A stretch of 64,000 nucleotides of DNA, taken from Cetorhinus maximus. Taxonomy: Eukaryota. Under the pieces are notes generated by a model. That model saw nothing but the letters and a program-made list of their open reading frames with translations, did not search any database and was not told where the DNA came from. The position numbers and the translations under genes were made by a program. Shown piece by piece: positions 50,431-63,560 of this stretch. Positions within the stretch are counted from its first letter, which is position 1; every line of letters starts with the position of its first letter. The stretch spans positions 87,420,001 to 87,484,000 of the forward strand of contig NC_135896.1 in assembly GCF_964194155.1 (NCBI RefSeq). The letters are read 5' to 3'.

Positions 50431-52249
50431 GTTCCGGTTGTCCAGTGTTAGTCTTGAAATTGAGAAAAGTCATGAGGCCAGCAGCCCCAATAAAGTATTT
50501 AAATAAGCTACCTGCCTACTGGGAGTGGCTTGGCTGCCCGTCACCCCATCCCACCTCCATTAAAACCAGCAGTTCACAGGTTCTAGTTTAGGTTTGAGGA
50601 TTTTTAGCCTTTAAACATCCCACCAGAACCAAATTCACCCAAATTTGGGGGTTAAAATTCTCCACTGTGACTCTAAAAAATAACTGGAGCATAACTGTTC
50701 TCCAACAGATCTGTCGGAACTCATTAAAAATCAGTACGTCTAGTTCCCTGGTGTTCACACATTGCTGATGTGAGATAAAAAGACATTGTATGCCTTGCTG
50801 ATGCTGAAAGACATGAGCCTCACAGGCAGAATATCTGCAGTAGTATTTGTCTACTTTGTTCTTTCCTCCTTACTTTATGCAATTATGGAAAGATCATTTT
50901 GTCCTTCTACCCTTTTATTTGTTAATGGTTAAGCACCATTGAGGGAGGGCATTTTCCCACCTTTGAACATCCAGTAGGTGGTCATTGGTCTGAGTCTTCA
51001 ACTCCAGCAGCATCTTCCATGGCAAAAACAAAACACGTTAGCTCAATTTCAAATTAATGGCTTAGACCAAGAACATCCAGCATTTTTGGCTTTGCGTTCA
51101 CAGACCACATTTCACGTATAAAGTGATGTTCTGACTAATTTGCAAAGAACTCAAAATTTACTTTTTAAATCAGGCCAGCGGGTACTATCAGCATCAGCAG
51201 TTTGAGACGAGGTGCAACTACCCCAAGTGAAAAATGAATAGCAAGCGGAAGCAACTTGAAAAAATATTGAGCAACTTCACTGGTTTGTTTTGTGATAGCC
51301 CTAGTTCTTAGTGGTAGCTTTTTCAAACAAAAAAAAAATCAATGATTGATTCGATTTTTGTGAATTCCTTATTCACCGTTGCCAGATACTTGAAACAAAT
51401 CAGCACAGGAAATTGAAAAAAGTTACTTAAGCCAATCAGGAAAGTGGGACACATGATGCTTCATGCATGGGACATTGTTACAGAGATATTTGGTGGGACT
51501 TGCACTACCCATGCAATAAGCAGCACAACTGATCACTGACCATGAGAAGCAGCTTTTTCCAAGATTTTTTTTAATGATTTCAAATTAAAAATAAAAGATT
51601 GGTCTAAATAACTTACAAGACCTTAAAGCAATAATACGCAATCATTGTGCCCCCAACAGAAACATCAATATTGCTGGAGTCATTAAAAAATAGGACTATA
51701 TTTTATATGGAAGCCTTGTAGGTTTGGAAACGCTTTCCAGTTTACTTTAGGACTATTTTTTGTTGGTTTTTCCAGGAGTAATCATGTGATTTCAGGATAT
51801 TGCAGCAATAAATCAAAGTACTGTTGCAACTCAACTTCACATAAGGTAACTCCAAAGGCACTTACTGTTGTTTGAATCTTTCACGGTTGCACACATATTT
51901 GACTGAACAAAGGCCAAGAGGTCTGTTTACTGACTTGGGATTAGTGGCTAGCAGTACAATTCTGTCGCAATTTATATGCTGCCTTTACTTGTTGCTTGAG
52001 CACTGGGAAACTAACTTCCTGAAGATGATGCAGTGCCCGTTAAACCATCCAGTCACTTTGTTTCTTTTTTAATCTCCAATGAGAAATCAAAAAGGCAGTT
52101 TGCAACCACAGCTCTAATATACATGTTGACCACACCACACCATCCCCCACAGCCAACTTTCACTTTTTAATGTTTTATACTATTGCTGAAGGTACTGACT
52201 CAGGTTGAGGTTTTGCTCCCTTGACCACCAACTGCCCTACAGCAACTCA

Positions 52250-53800
52250 TTCAAGTTGTAGGGTTTTCAAACAGATGATCGAGTTTTAGCAGCATGCCTG
52301 TGTGTCATACTGTGTTGTAGTCAGAGGATAAGTCAACAAAGGCGGTTCCTGTCTTTCTGGAAGCCGGCCTCAGGACGTGAGGTCAGTGTCAGGATCTGCT
52401 TGAAGCAGATGCAGCCTGTGCGAAAAGCTGCCTTTTTTGGGGATATTGCTGCTCCCAGGGTAGGACTCAAGTCTATTTAGCAGGAGGCATTCCTGGACCT
52501 TATATATACACCCAGGTGGGCTGAACAGCTTCCCTGGCTTGGCAATGGCCACTATCTTGGATTGACGCCAGATGTTTGGAATGGTGTCTGTTTACCAACA
52601 TCTACAGTACATTTCCTTCCCGCTGATCCAATTTTCTTCAGGAATTCTGGATAAATCCCACTGGTTCCTGCTGTTTTGCCTGACTGGGCTGTTGTCAGGA
52701 AGTGTTGTCCACTTCCTCATGTAAGGGCTTGAGAAGTCTGCCTGCTATGGGACAGCCTTGAGAGACTGCAGAGCTGTCTTTACCATCCACTTATCTTCCC
52801 TGCTGGCCAGCATCTTTTGAGTTTATTAGAAGCCATGAAGCAATGCTGATTCTGGGCCACTGATGTAGTTGTGGCTCCAGGGCCCAGCAGGGGTTGAAAG
52901 TTTTGCTGAAACTCCTGGGAACAAATTTGGCGGCTGCTAATTTCAGAAAGTGTGTAAAGTGGTTGTAGTTTTTGGGAAGGGGTGGGATCTGCATGTTGGC
53001 TGTTTTGAAGTCGCTGCTCTAGGCATCTTTACTGTCCTTTACAGATTCCAGTGTGGTTTTGGCTTTGAGTTTACGGATAGTCAAGGTCAATGCGAATCAG
53101 GGTTTGACAATGTTGAGAATAGGGGAAGATGGACAGCACTTTTCGGAGCACATCAGCAGTCTTGCTGTTGTGGGTCATGAAGCAAAGGTCAGGTGGGCAG
53201 CCCTTTTTCCACCTGGCAGCATGGAATGTGCCAGGCTGCTTTGCACAAGTTTTAGGTCATGTACGGAAGCCCAATCTGACAGATGTTCTCCCACAGTGTT
53301 GTCGTTGAGATACGCCCACATGATGTCGGCTGTTAAAGTTGCCATGAGATAGTAGATAGTTGGGCATGCTGCAGGCTGTATTACAAAGTTGGGCCACAAG
53401 TCATTTGGTGGCTTGTAAACATTTGTGATGGTCAGCTTGCCTACTTTGATGGGAGATGGAATGCGGTGGTGGGGGAGGGGGTGTCATCTGATTTCAAGTC
53501 TTCTATGCCATTAGTGAGGCTTTCCTTGATGGTGGCTAGGCCATATGTCTCGTTATCCCTGCTTGTAAGGACTTGGTGGTACACAGGAATGTGGCCACCG
53601 CGGCTGGAGTAGTCTACGAGGTGGGCTGCTTGCCAGGTGACTATGCCCACATTCCTATCAGACAGTTGTTTTGCGAGCAGTTCACTTTTTACCTATTTAG
53701 GCCTTCAACGTTGAGCTGGTATATTCTGGTTACTGTTCCTCACTTTGTTGTCCCTGAGAATCCATTTTCCAGTGGGTTCGTACTGCTTAGACTGGGAGTC
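52250..53800 (-). mobile_element. Vingi/Ingi-like LINE, 5' part (APE + N-terminal RT), inverted relative to the 3' part
   Basis: Minus-strand translations IYQLNVEGLN, YKPPNDLWP, GEHLSDWAS (APE); IWRQSKIVAIAKPGK, EAGFQ, TGTAFVDLSSDYNTV (RT). Confidence 0.8.
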
Positions 53801-55000
53801 CAGTCTACCCAACTAACCAACTCCATGATCAGCAAAAGACAGTTCCATGTGCACTTTGGAGATCAAATCAGCTATCCATGTATAACCAACAACAGGCTTT
53901 CCCACAGGCAGTGTCTTCACACTGGCTCTCTTCAACACATATACAGCGATCTCCGTCCCACAAAGTTAGGGGTCTTCACATACGCTGATGACTTGGCCCT
54001 GGCTTTCAGACTAAAGAACTTCAGTGAGCATTTTGTCAATGTCCTGAAGATCTATGTTCTCTGGAAGCCCACTTCAGAAAATGGAGAATTTGACCAAACA
54101 TTGCTAAGACTGTTGTTTCAGCCTTCCACCTGAACAACTTGAAGGCCAGGGGAGAACTTCATGCTCAGTCCTGTGGCTGACCACTCACCCACAACCCAAT
54201 GCCAAAATATCTGGGGATCACTCTTGACTGCAAACTGACCTAGCAGCAACACCTCATGAACACCAGAGCCAAGGTCAAGACGAGAGTGAATCTCATTCAG
54301 AAACTGGCTGGTACCACCTGGGGCAGCAAAACCAACACACTATGCACTGTTTCACTCACCCTGGCCTACCCAACAGCAGAGTACTGCTGTTCACCCTGGC
54401 TCAAGAGCCACAACACAAACGTGGTAGGTATCTACCTCCAGGAAGTCTTGAGGATCATTTCTGGGATGTTGAGATCAATAAGGCTCGAGTGGCTTCCTGT
54501 GCTTGCACATATTGAATCACTTAATGTCCACAATGAAAACATCAAACTTAAAAGAACACCACAGGCTAACAGCTAACAAAGCATTCCCAGCGATACAGGG
54601 TCTTAAAAAAAAATCATGCACGTGTCCAAAATCCTGCAGACCCTACAGGGACAAATCCAACCCTATAAACTGACATCCTCACCCCTCAAAGGAACACCTG
54701 GTTGACTGCGAACATCACCAACCGCAACCTGGTAACTGACCAGAGTGGTGGGGCCCCAGGTTTCAACCTTCCATGGAAAATCTAGACAACCCTTAACCAC
54801 TTGGAGACAGGCCAGGGAAGGTGTGGCCACTTTCTTCACAGGTGGAAGATGAGGAACCGCTCAAATTGGGACTGCGGCCATCCAAGTCAGATCATCGCCA
54901 TATAATGAACTTCTGCCCCGAGAAATCCATGCTTGGTGGCATCAAAACCATTCACATTGTCAGCTGGAACTGTTGAATGGATTGTTAACCTTAATAGCAA
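53801..55000 (+). mobile_element. Vingi/Ingi-like LINE, 3' part (RT core and C-terminal zinc knuckle), decayed
   Basis: SMISKRQFHVHFG, FTYADDLALA, PKYLGITLD, RVNLIQKLAGTTWGS, AEYCCSPW, TLNHLETGQGRCGH, and DCGHPSQ…HIMNFCP (54867-54920). Confidence 0.85.
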
Positions 55001-55429
55001 ACCACTACTGTTGCCCCAGTCAAACACACCCAAGTGAACCATTTCTAGACTGTGAGTTTACAAGGCAAGTATTGGAAGGTTCTTTGATGTCTTGAGGAAC
55101 AAACAGTGAAGCCTGGGCTGATGGGAAGGTGACGGTGGTGGTGCTGGGGTGGGGAAAGAAGGCAGCAGTGGAAGAAAAAAAAATGGCCAAGTTTTTTTCC
55201 CTATCTCCTGTGGGATTGTGAAGCCAGCTGAGACCAGCTAACTCAGTACAGATTAGGAACGGTCCGTACCTCAGTACTGCACCAAGAATGGCAAGTCTTC
55301 GGTCCTGCATTCCACTTAGTTACCAGTTGCAGTGGGATGTCTGGTAAAATCAGGTTTGCATAGGACCTGCCCATCTATGACTGTCACTGTTCATGCAGGT
55401 CTTGGCAAAGCAGCTGACATCATCTCCTC

Positions 55430-55449
55430 CATACATACATACATACATA
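55430..55449. repeat. (CATA)n microsatellite
   Basis: Five catacatacata… units. Confidence 0.8.
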
Positions 55450-57454
55450 ATTTCTAAATTCCAAGCAGTAATTCCACAGAGACAAGCCTGAATCTCAGAA
55501 TTTCAAAATGCATATTCATTTTCACAAATATAATCCATTTTGACTTTGAACTAGTTCAAGATGAAGGAGAAGTCAAAAAAATTCAGGCACAGTTGAAATC
55601 TTGGACACACAATGCAACTATTTGACATAACTAGATCCTGAAGTGCCAAGGTCCTCACAGCGGATAATTCTCATTTGCAAAAAATTATTTTAACAAGCTT
55701 TTTCAACTGGAAACCAGGCATACCAGTTGAACTAGCTTTAACCCCAGCCATCTTCACTCCAGATACGCGTTTTATATTACAGAGTGGTTTGATATTACGT
55801 TGCATGCTAGATTAGCTGGTTTGTTTGTTTGGGAATGGAGCCTCAAGTTATTCATTAGGGGTTTCTGAAACGTCTCAGCCTTCAAAGTGCAAGACTGCCC
55901 TGCTACAACATCTGGGAGCCCAGTCTGCCTTTGAAATATATTAAATGCTGAACAGTGCGATGAGCTTTGAGATGTTTGAGAAGCACAAGGCCCTATAGTA
56001 ATGGAAGTTCAGTTGCACTGATTACAACAGAATCATCATTTTATTGGCTTTTTCAAATAGGGACAGCAGTAACTTTAATATGCGTCTCTCCACCTAAATT
56101 GATATGCGAATAGCCACACGCACTTGTCGATTTATTGGGTAATCACAAGGGGGAAAAATGATCAGAAGTGAATCTGGGACCTCTTCTCTTCAGGGAATTA
56201 TTTCCAAGCACATGACTGCCAACTGGATAAGGAACAGAACAACATAGCTGAAATTCAACTCACCAGCTCATTCGTGAAAGAGAATATGGGAAAGTTAGCT
56301 AAACCAGGACAATAAAACCAGGGTACTATACATATGGACATAGTCTCAAGAGGTTACTTCAATTTATTCCCCTCCCTCCCCCTCCAATATGGGCATTCCT
56401 TGGCAAAACTGAAAGTATTATTGCTTGTAATTTAGGAATTATATGTACACATGTGGAGGTGGTGTCAGCTGCTTTGCCAAGGCCTGCACTAATGGCGACA
56501 AGCATAAATGTGCAGGTCCTGTCCAGACCTAATTTTACCAGGACGTCCCACTGTTATTAGTGGAAAATCCTGACACGTTTACTTTCAGGTTGCAACTGGT
56601 TACATGGGGCCTGTGTGGTGGAAACTGGAGTCACGGACACAGGTCTTTCACAATATAAAAGTAGGTCTAATTTAAGGTTGACACTTTTCCTAATGGACCT
56701 TAATTTCTACAACGCTCTTCCATATTGACATAATACAACTCCCCAAAAGCTAGTCACGACAAAAGCAATTCAACAGGCAGGAAGAGGAAAAAAAAGAAAA
56801 CAAACACACATACAGGTGCATAATGAGTACTTTTCTAAGGTTTGAGTAATAAAGCACATTGCTCAAACACAGCAGAGGGATCCATTGAGTATTCAGCACC
56901 AGTAAATAAAGTAGAGCACAAAACAGGCAGAGACACTGAAAACCAAAGTTTCACTCTCCAGTGTAGTGATTTATTCGAATATCTAGGGCAGGTCATTCGA
57001 TATGGCACAGCATCCCATAAGGTGTTCATCATTATCATGTCGTACTGCTCACTATACAAGTACCACAGTTTCCGTAAAAGATCCCGGAAGCAGTGTCGAA
57101 AGCTGGTCTAATCAATTAACAAATCACTTGCCCCAATAATAGCAAAGTGTCTCCAGGAAAGGAACATTTAACTTTTTTAAAGTTATAATTGAACATTTCC
57201 CATATTTGATTTAAAGTTACAAATGTACTGAATATTCAAAGCACACTACTAGTACATGAATACTAATTATTCCAAGTCTAACCAGAAGCATCTGCCATCC
57301 AGGCTGGTGAAATATATTATATAGATTCCTATTTCTTGCCCAAAATTTGCAATAGTGTGCTTGGATCACCTGGGGGAGGGGGGTGCTAGGTAAGAAAGGT
57401 GTTGGGCAGAGGATGAGCCATGCAATATCAGCACCACTAACCAAAATACTGAAA

Positions 57455-57657
57455 AACCAAAATCAGAAAATGCTGGAAACATTCAGCAAAGCAGACATCA
57501 TATCTGTAGAAAATAGTGACAATTCACCTTTTCCAGCATTGCTTTTTAATCAAAGCGCAGGGTTGTAAGGAAGGGGACTGGTTAAGGATTGGTCAATTAT
57601 TTCTCATTGTCGATGCTGTTCCTGACTTACCGAGTGTTTCCAGCATTTTCTCATTCT
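57455..57657. mobile_element. Degenerate inverted pair of Penelope-like termini
   Basis: cagaaaatgctggaaacattcagc at the left and gagtgtttccagcattttct at the right. Confidence 0.6.
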
Positions 57658-58540
57658 GCCTGCACCAGTCTTTCCCTGGCCCATAAACATTGTTTGAGTG
57701 CTTCAGTTCATTTAGATTTTTTATGGTTCAGGGTCCCATAGCTTACATACATCAAAACCTTCTGCCAAGAGGACAACAGACTTGTTTTTGGGTCTCTGCC
57801 TTTTCTACTGACCTTGAAGCAAGAGATGAACTAAAACATAGTGTGGTTAAATTTCCCATGAATCAATCTTCCCTCTCCAGAACCCCTCCCCTCCTGAATT
57901 AGTTTTTCTGCACAAAATGTTGGAATTTATGGCCCAATATTATTGGGAGGTGCTGTCTGGACTTGCAGTATTTCCACCCTTATACAGTGTCTCTCCCACC
58001 ACCCCTACTCCAACTTTTATCCTACCCTTTCCTCAAGGTCTTGGCCCTAGGTGGAATAATGTTTCAGAGATTCTAGCTGCTCTCCAATATCTTGTATAAG
58101 TAGCATCAATGTGCTATTCAACTGCTGATAGCATCACAACTGGGAGCATCTCTCCCTCAAGTTTCAGCAAGCGTCACTGGATAATGACTGGGTAGTAAAA
58201 TGGTTCAAAGAGTAATCTGGAACAAAACTACTCTGCACTGAAAACATGGTCACATTTCAGGTACATTAAATCAATTACAGCATTCAGGACAAGCGACTGT
58301 GTTACAATGCAAATGAAAAATTTGGTTTGCTTCCTTGGTCCACTTAAACATGCATCTTTGTGGAGCCCATTCCTGCACAAATAAATCTAGAAGACAATAT
58401 TACATTGTGATACATGGTAGTTCAGAGATTACTTATATTGGCTATTTGACAAATTGGGGCAATACCAGTGAACCTGATGCAGGTCTCAGATATCCAATAA
58501 CACAAACTTTTCTGCAAGAAACTCTCGAGTACCATTGAGT

Positions 58541-58818
58541 ACCTTCCAAACCCACAAACCCTACTATCTAGAAGGACAAGGGCAGCAGATAGATGGGAAC
58601 ACCACCACCTGGAAGTTCCCATCCAAGTCATTCACCATCCTGACTTGGAAATATATCAGTTCCTTCACTGGCGCTGGGTCAAAATCCGGGAACTCCCTTC
58701 CTAACAAGCACTGTGGGTGTACGTACAAGCTCACCACCACCTTCTCAAGAGCAACTAGGGATGGGCAATAAATGCTGGCCCAGCCAGCGAAGCCCACATG
58801 CCGCGAAAGAATAAAAAA
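58541..58818 (+). mobile_element. HER1-like LINE 3' fragment
   Basis: Aligns to 39929-40235; tail gggatgggcaataaatgctggcccagccagcgaagcccacat…aagaataaaaaaa. Confidence 0.9.
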
Positions 58819-60214
58819 AGGATCAGGAGGGCAGGCTGCTTCTTCCACTCTCTGTCCCAAGGCACTGCCACCAATTGAAGAGCCCCTACAGGAAACCAGG
58901 TTGAAATCAGAATACTAGATCAATGAATAATTTAAATCATAAAATTACACAGGGATTATCCTGCTGCTGTTTTCCCATGTTATACTGAGTGTAATAATAG
59001 TGCAGCACTGGTGCGCGTACTACAACTCACTGCACAGATTTTGTTTTGGGGTGGAGGGTGAGGTTTGCAGTTTAACTCGTTATTAAATTTGAAGGGCTTC
59101 AGTACTGGGGTACAGGACTGTTTACATAGCTAGGATATGGAGCAAAACCCTCCACACTAGCTCAAATGACAAACTCCCAGCCACATCCTACAGCAGGACC
59201 TGCTAATCTAGCAAATTATGAGATAGGTCCTGTGCAGTTCTTAATGGATCATATGAAACACCAGTGCCCTTAAAAGCATTCAGCCGTCAATACCCTCTGA
59301 ATAAAACAAACAATAGAATACCAGATGTTTCTAAGCAGGGCCAGACACAGATTCTTGAACTTCATGAAGTTCTATGTATAAGATCTATCCACATACCAGT
59401 TCGTTCTTTGCATCAAAAAGCAAAGCTTCAAAATGCTGACAACGTGTACGTTTCTGAAAGTCCCAAGACAATAAAATAACCAGGTGCATCCAAAATAATA
59501 GCACATTTCTCAGCTACTGTCATGTAGTAAAAATGTGTTAAATATTATGACATGATCCACCACCATTTCATTTCTATTCAGTCCCAGGCTCTGGAAAATA
59601 ACAACTTTCTTGCTTCAGACCAACATATCTCCAACCATGCAGATTTTAGGGATCTGTATCGATTGACTGGGTAAATGGGCTAGGTTGATGTGGCGCACAT
59701 ATCAGGAAGAGTCATCAGTTCAAAACTTGAGTTGGGCCAGCTGGCTATCAGGGCACTATAATTGGTTTCAATATATCTTTACTGGATTACAAAGAAATAT
59801 ATAATCGTAATCTATAAGAAATAGGGTGCAAGAAGAAACTAGAAAGGAAAATGCAACCACGGTTGACCTGTAACATTTTGGTATCAACTACACACTCTGC
59901 TTAGCACAACCCACATTCATAATCTACAATGTTCTTTAATGCGCCTCTTTGCTGTCATAGTGGCTATTAAACAGCAATCACACATCAAAGCAAGTTACTG
60001 ATATATTCCCCAGTGATCAAATATACCAGTAAGAAGGTCTGATTAGTGGTCACAATATGACTAATATTTTAAAGGCTGAATATTAATTCAGCCTGAAAAT
60101 ACAATAAGGCTAGAATATTACAAGGTAAGTCTTTAAACCACAGTATCAACATTTTAAAGCTGTTGTTCCTGAGCCTGATCTTAATCCATAGAAATGGAAA
60201 TAATTAAACAGTAT

Positions 60215-60770
60215 TTATCAAGTGGCAGACCTATGGCAGATGAAAGTCAATGCAAGTAAATGGAAGATCTTACACACTGAAGAAAATGTTGGTCATAATC
60301 AGCTTTTCTGCTTCTGCCAGGAGATTACGTAGCTCTGGGTGAGTGCCTGTATGGACAAGGCATCACAACTGTTTATGTAATAATAATAATGTGAAACTAA
60401 TTAGAGGATGAAAGATCCAGTAGGAATGATAGCAGACTCACTGACAATGCCCACAACTGTGGGAGCAGCAAATGAAATGTTGAGCTGTTGCCAAATCAGT
60501 GGAATTTAAATACAACTCAAGTCATGCTAAAGCTGAATAGTGCTCTCAGGTAAAAGTTCAAGATGATGTCAAGAAGTATTTCTTCACTCAAGATTTTTAT
60601 ATTAGAATGGTTTTCCAGTAGACTCATGAAAGCAAGAGGCTGGTACAAGAGTTAGTCATTTAAATGCCAATGACTTAGGGGGACGACAGGAAAATATAAA
60701 AGTATATTTCTACAGAGGATTAACTAAATCAGTAAAATAGCCTGTCTCATCTATACTGATCTTTTAAATA
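60215..60770 (+). mobile_element. Highly decayed CR1 fragments
   Basis: tggcagatgaaagtcaatgcaagtaaatg (WQMKxNASK) and gatgtcaagaagtatttcttcactcaaga (DVKKYFFTQ). Confidence 0.5.
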
Positions 60771-62290
60771 CAATGCACATAATGACAATCCAGTGCCCAC
60801 TAACTCTAAATCAGAGCAGCTGCAGGCACAAATGTCAGCCACAGCATCTGCCACTCACTCGCTCAGGGACTCAAGAATTAGTTTGATTGCATGCGAGGAT
60901 AATTCAACAATTGTCGGCTGCTCTGCCTTCCCACATTCAAAATGTCAGTCTCAGGAATGCTATGCTACTCTCCATTTTAAAAACCAGAAGAAAAGTGAAA
61001 CAAAATTGAAACAAAAGTTCTCAGTGATTGTACATTACAATATGAACGGTTCGCCTGCCAGCAAAGAAGATATGGTATTTTGTGAAAGCTTGATTTGGGG
61101 GGAAAACTTCCAAGTCGAATATCAGGGATCAGCTTTGCTCTCAATGTAAACTCTGAATAATTACAGCAAACCTGGGTTAACAGCAACATTTCATTTAAGT
61201 GGTTCCTAGCGTACTAAAATGAGACTTTTTGAGAAAATTACATTTTGTTCAGCAGCAGCACAGCTTTGTCAAAAAACACAAAGGAATTTCACAATTTTAT
61301 AATTGTTCTCTAGTAGTTGATTAGAGATGGCATTTAATGTACATCATGCTGCTTGAGACAACAAAAGCATCTTATTCGTGATTGGATTACGCTGTTCACA
61401 AAAAGTCCTTTTCCACAAGATACAAACCTCACTCTACTGTAAGAATTCAACGTTAATTCTTAACACATGGACTAAAGTCAACATTCTTAAAGCGTCCAAA
61501 AAAGCCAAGAAACAAATCGCAGCTTGAACACAATACTACAAAATCAGCCTGCCTCAATCCTGAAGGAGCATCACACATGTTATTATCCCTCTCATCAAAA
61601 AAGTTCCAGTTCAGAACAATTAACACTTTAACCACTGGTTGTCCAAAATGGCAACTTTGAGCAAAACACACACAACTAACTCCCTGAAGAGGGGGTGGGG
61701 AATGGGAAAGCTCAATGAAATGTATTACACCCTCCTCACCACAATGTCAACAAGTTAGAAAATGATTCAAATCAAGATCAGAACTGGCCACTCTCTGGAT
61801 GGTAGGACTACACAAGAACCAAAACAAACTTTTTCAGATGCTTACACAATAGAGTCACATTGTTTGTAGCTGCAGCTGTTAATGGAATATTAGAGAATAG
61901 GGTTTAAACCTTGAAATTCTACTGTGGTTCACTATCTCTCCTCACCCACCCTACCTACAGGCTTTGCTGAAATAGGCTGCAGCGTACACAATTGATTCAA
62001 GGAACATCAAATCTGCTTCAAATACAGTGAATGGGACAAGTCAGTTATCAAACAAGTTCAATGCAATAACCACCACATTCAATGGTCCAACGCTAGGCTT
62101 ATCCATCACATACTGGCATACAAGACATGTCGGGGAGGCCATGGAGATCTACCAACACCACTAAGATAGTAACCATCTCATCATTGACATCTGGCTACCT
62201 TTACTCGAGGAATACAACCACTATGCAGTCGACCAAACAGCAGCAAAAATGTTAACATGTACCAACCTATTTCAGACACAGTAGCCTGAC

Positions 62291-62330
62291 AAAAACAGAA
62301 TTACCTGGAAAAACTCAGCAGGTCTGGCAG
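62291..62330 (-). mobile_element. 40-bp Penelope-like terminal insertion with 12-bp TSD
   Basis: aaaaacagaattacctggaaaaactcagcaggtctggcag is identical to 50083-50122. TSD cagtagcctgac at 62279-62290 and 62331-62342. Confidence 0.9.
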
Positions 62331-62989
62331 CAGTAGCCTGACCAATCAGCAGCAAGATCCTGCCCATTATACATAGCTACCCCTTTCACCTGTTCCAGTC
62401 ATTCCTCCAGACAACAGGCAGAGTACACTGCCTGAAACATTGAGGCCTCCCAGTTCTTCTAAGAAACTCTTTTAAGGTAACTGTTATTTTCAGAGCAAAT
62501 TTTACTTGCTGTAGCCATGAAATCATCTTACTGAATGTTACCATGCTCTCACCATGAAAATCTTCAAACAACTTTTAACCTTCGACGTGTTTAAAAGCTC
62601 CTCAAATGCCTCACCAGAGCTGTCCACCTGCATGGGACTTCCCTTCTCAATTCCATTCCCATCTATGTGATAGCCAGGGCAATTCTAACAGTGGCATGTT
62701 TCACCATGACATTATTTTCATAATTCCATCTCTCCCCAACATCCCCACCCCACCCCTGCCACCAGAGACCTACCTACACACTGCCCTAGAGGATAAGTCA
62801 TCATTCAAAAATATGGGGTCAGTTCCACATGCGCACCAAAAACACTCGTCTCTACCTCTGCAATGCTTTCATAAACCCTACTATGACTTTTGTACTGTCA
62901 GGTTACATTTATGACATTGGTCATGGATGAGTTTCAGTTTACTCCAACTAACAGCAGTGAGAAAGAGCCATTTCCTTCAGCCTCTATCA

Positions 62990-63330
62990 TTTTGTTTATT
63001 CATTCACAGGATGTGGGCTTCGCTGGCTGGGCCAGCATTTATTGCCCATCCCTAATTGCCCTTGAGAAGGTGGTGGTGAGCTGCCTTCTTGAACCGCTGC
63101 AGTCCATGTGGTGTAGGTACACCCACAGTGCTATTATTAGGAAGGGAGTTCCAGGATTTTGAGCCAGCGACAATGAAGGAACGGCGATATATTTCCAAGT
63201 CAGGATGGTGAGTGACTTGGAGAGGAACTTCCAGGTGGTGGTGTTCCCATCTATCTGCTGCCCTTGTCCTTCTAGGTGTTCGTGGCTTTGGGTTTGGAGG
63301 ATGCTGTCTAAGGAGCCTTGGTGAATTCCT
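62990..63330 (-). mobile_element. HER1-like LINE 3' fragment
   Basis: Reverse complement of the 58541-58818 / 39900-40240 type sequence, including the 3' tail. Confidence 0.9.
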
Positions 63331-63344
63331 TCATAAACCCAGCT

Positions 63345-63560
63345 CTCTTGCCACCAATCCAACTGCCTGGATTCCACTCTTGCATTCCTTCCATCAAACT
63401 GCTTTGCCTCTCCACCTGCCTTTCTTCTTTTAAAAGCCATCCTAACAGCCTTAAAAGACATTCCGACAACCAATTTTTGGGTCACAACTAATTTTTTTTT
63501 GGTTCGGCATTAATTTTCCTCATGCTTCTGTGCAGCACCTTGGGAAGTTTTTCTTTACAC
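63345..63560 (+). mobile_element. L2 LINE 3' fragment
   Basis: gcctctccacc…cttttaaaa…tttttgggtcac…ctgtgcagcaccttgggaagtttt resembles an L2 3' UTR. Confidence 0.55.

Noticed and set aside
58541-63330. Inverted pair of HER1-like 3' fragments about 4 kb apart
   Set aside because: Similarity stops at the element boundaries; these are independent insertions of an abundant family.
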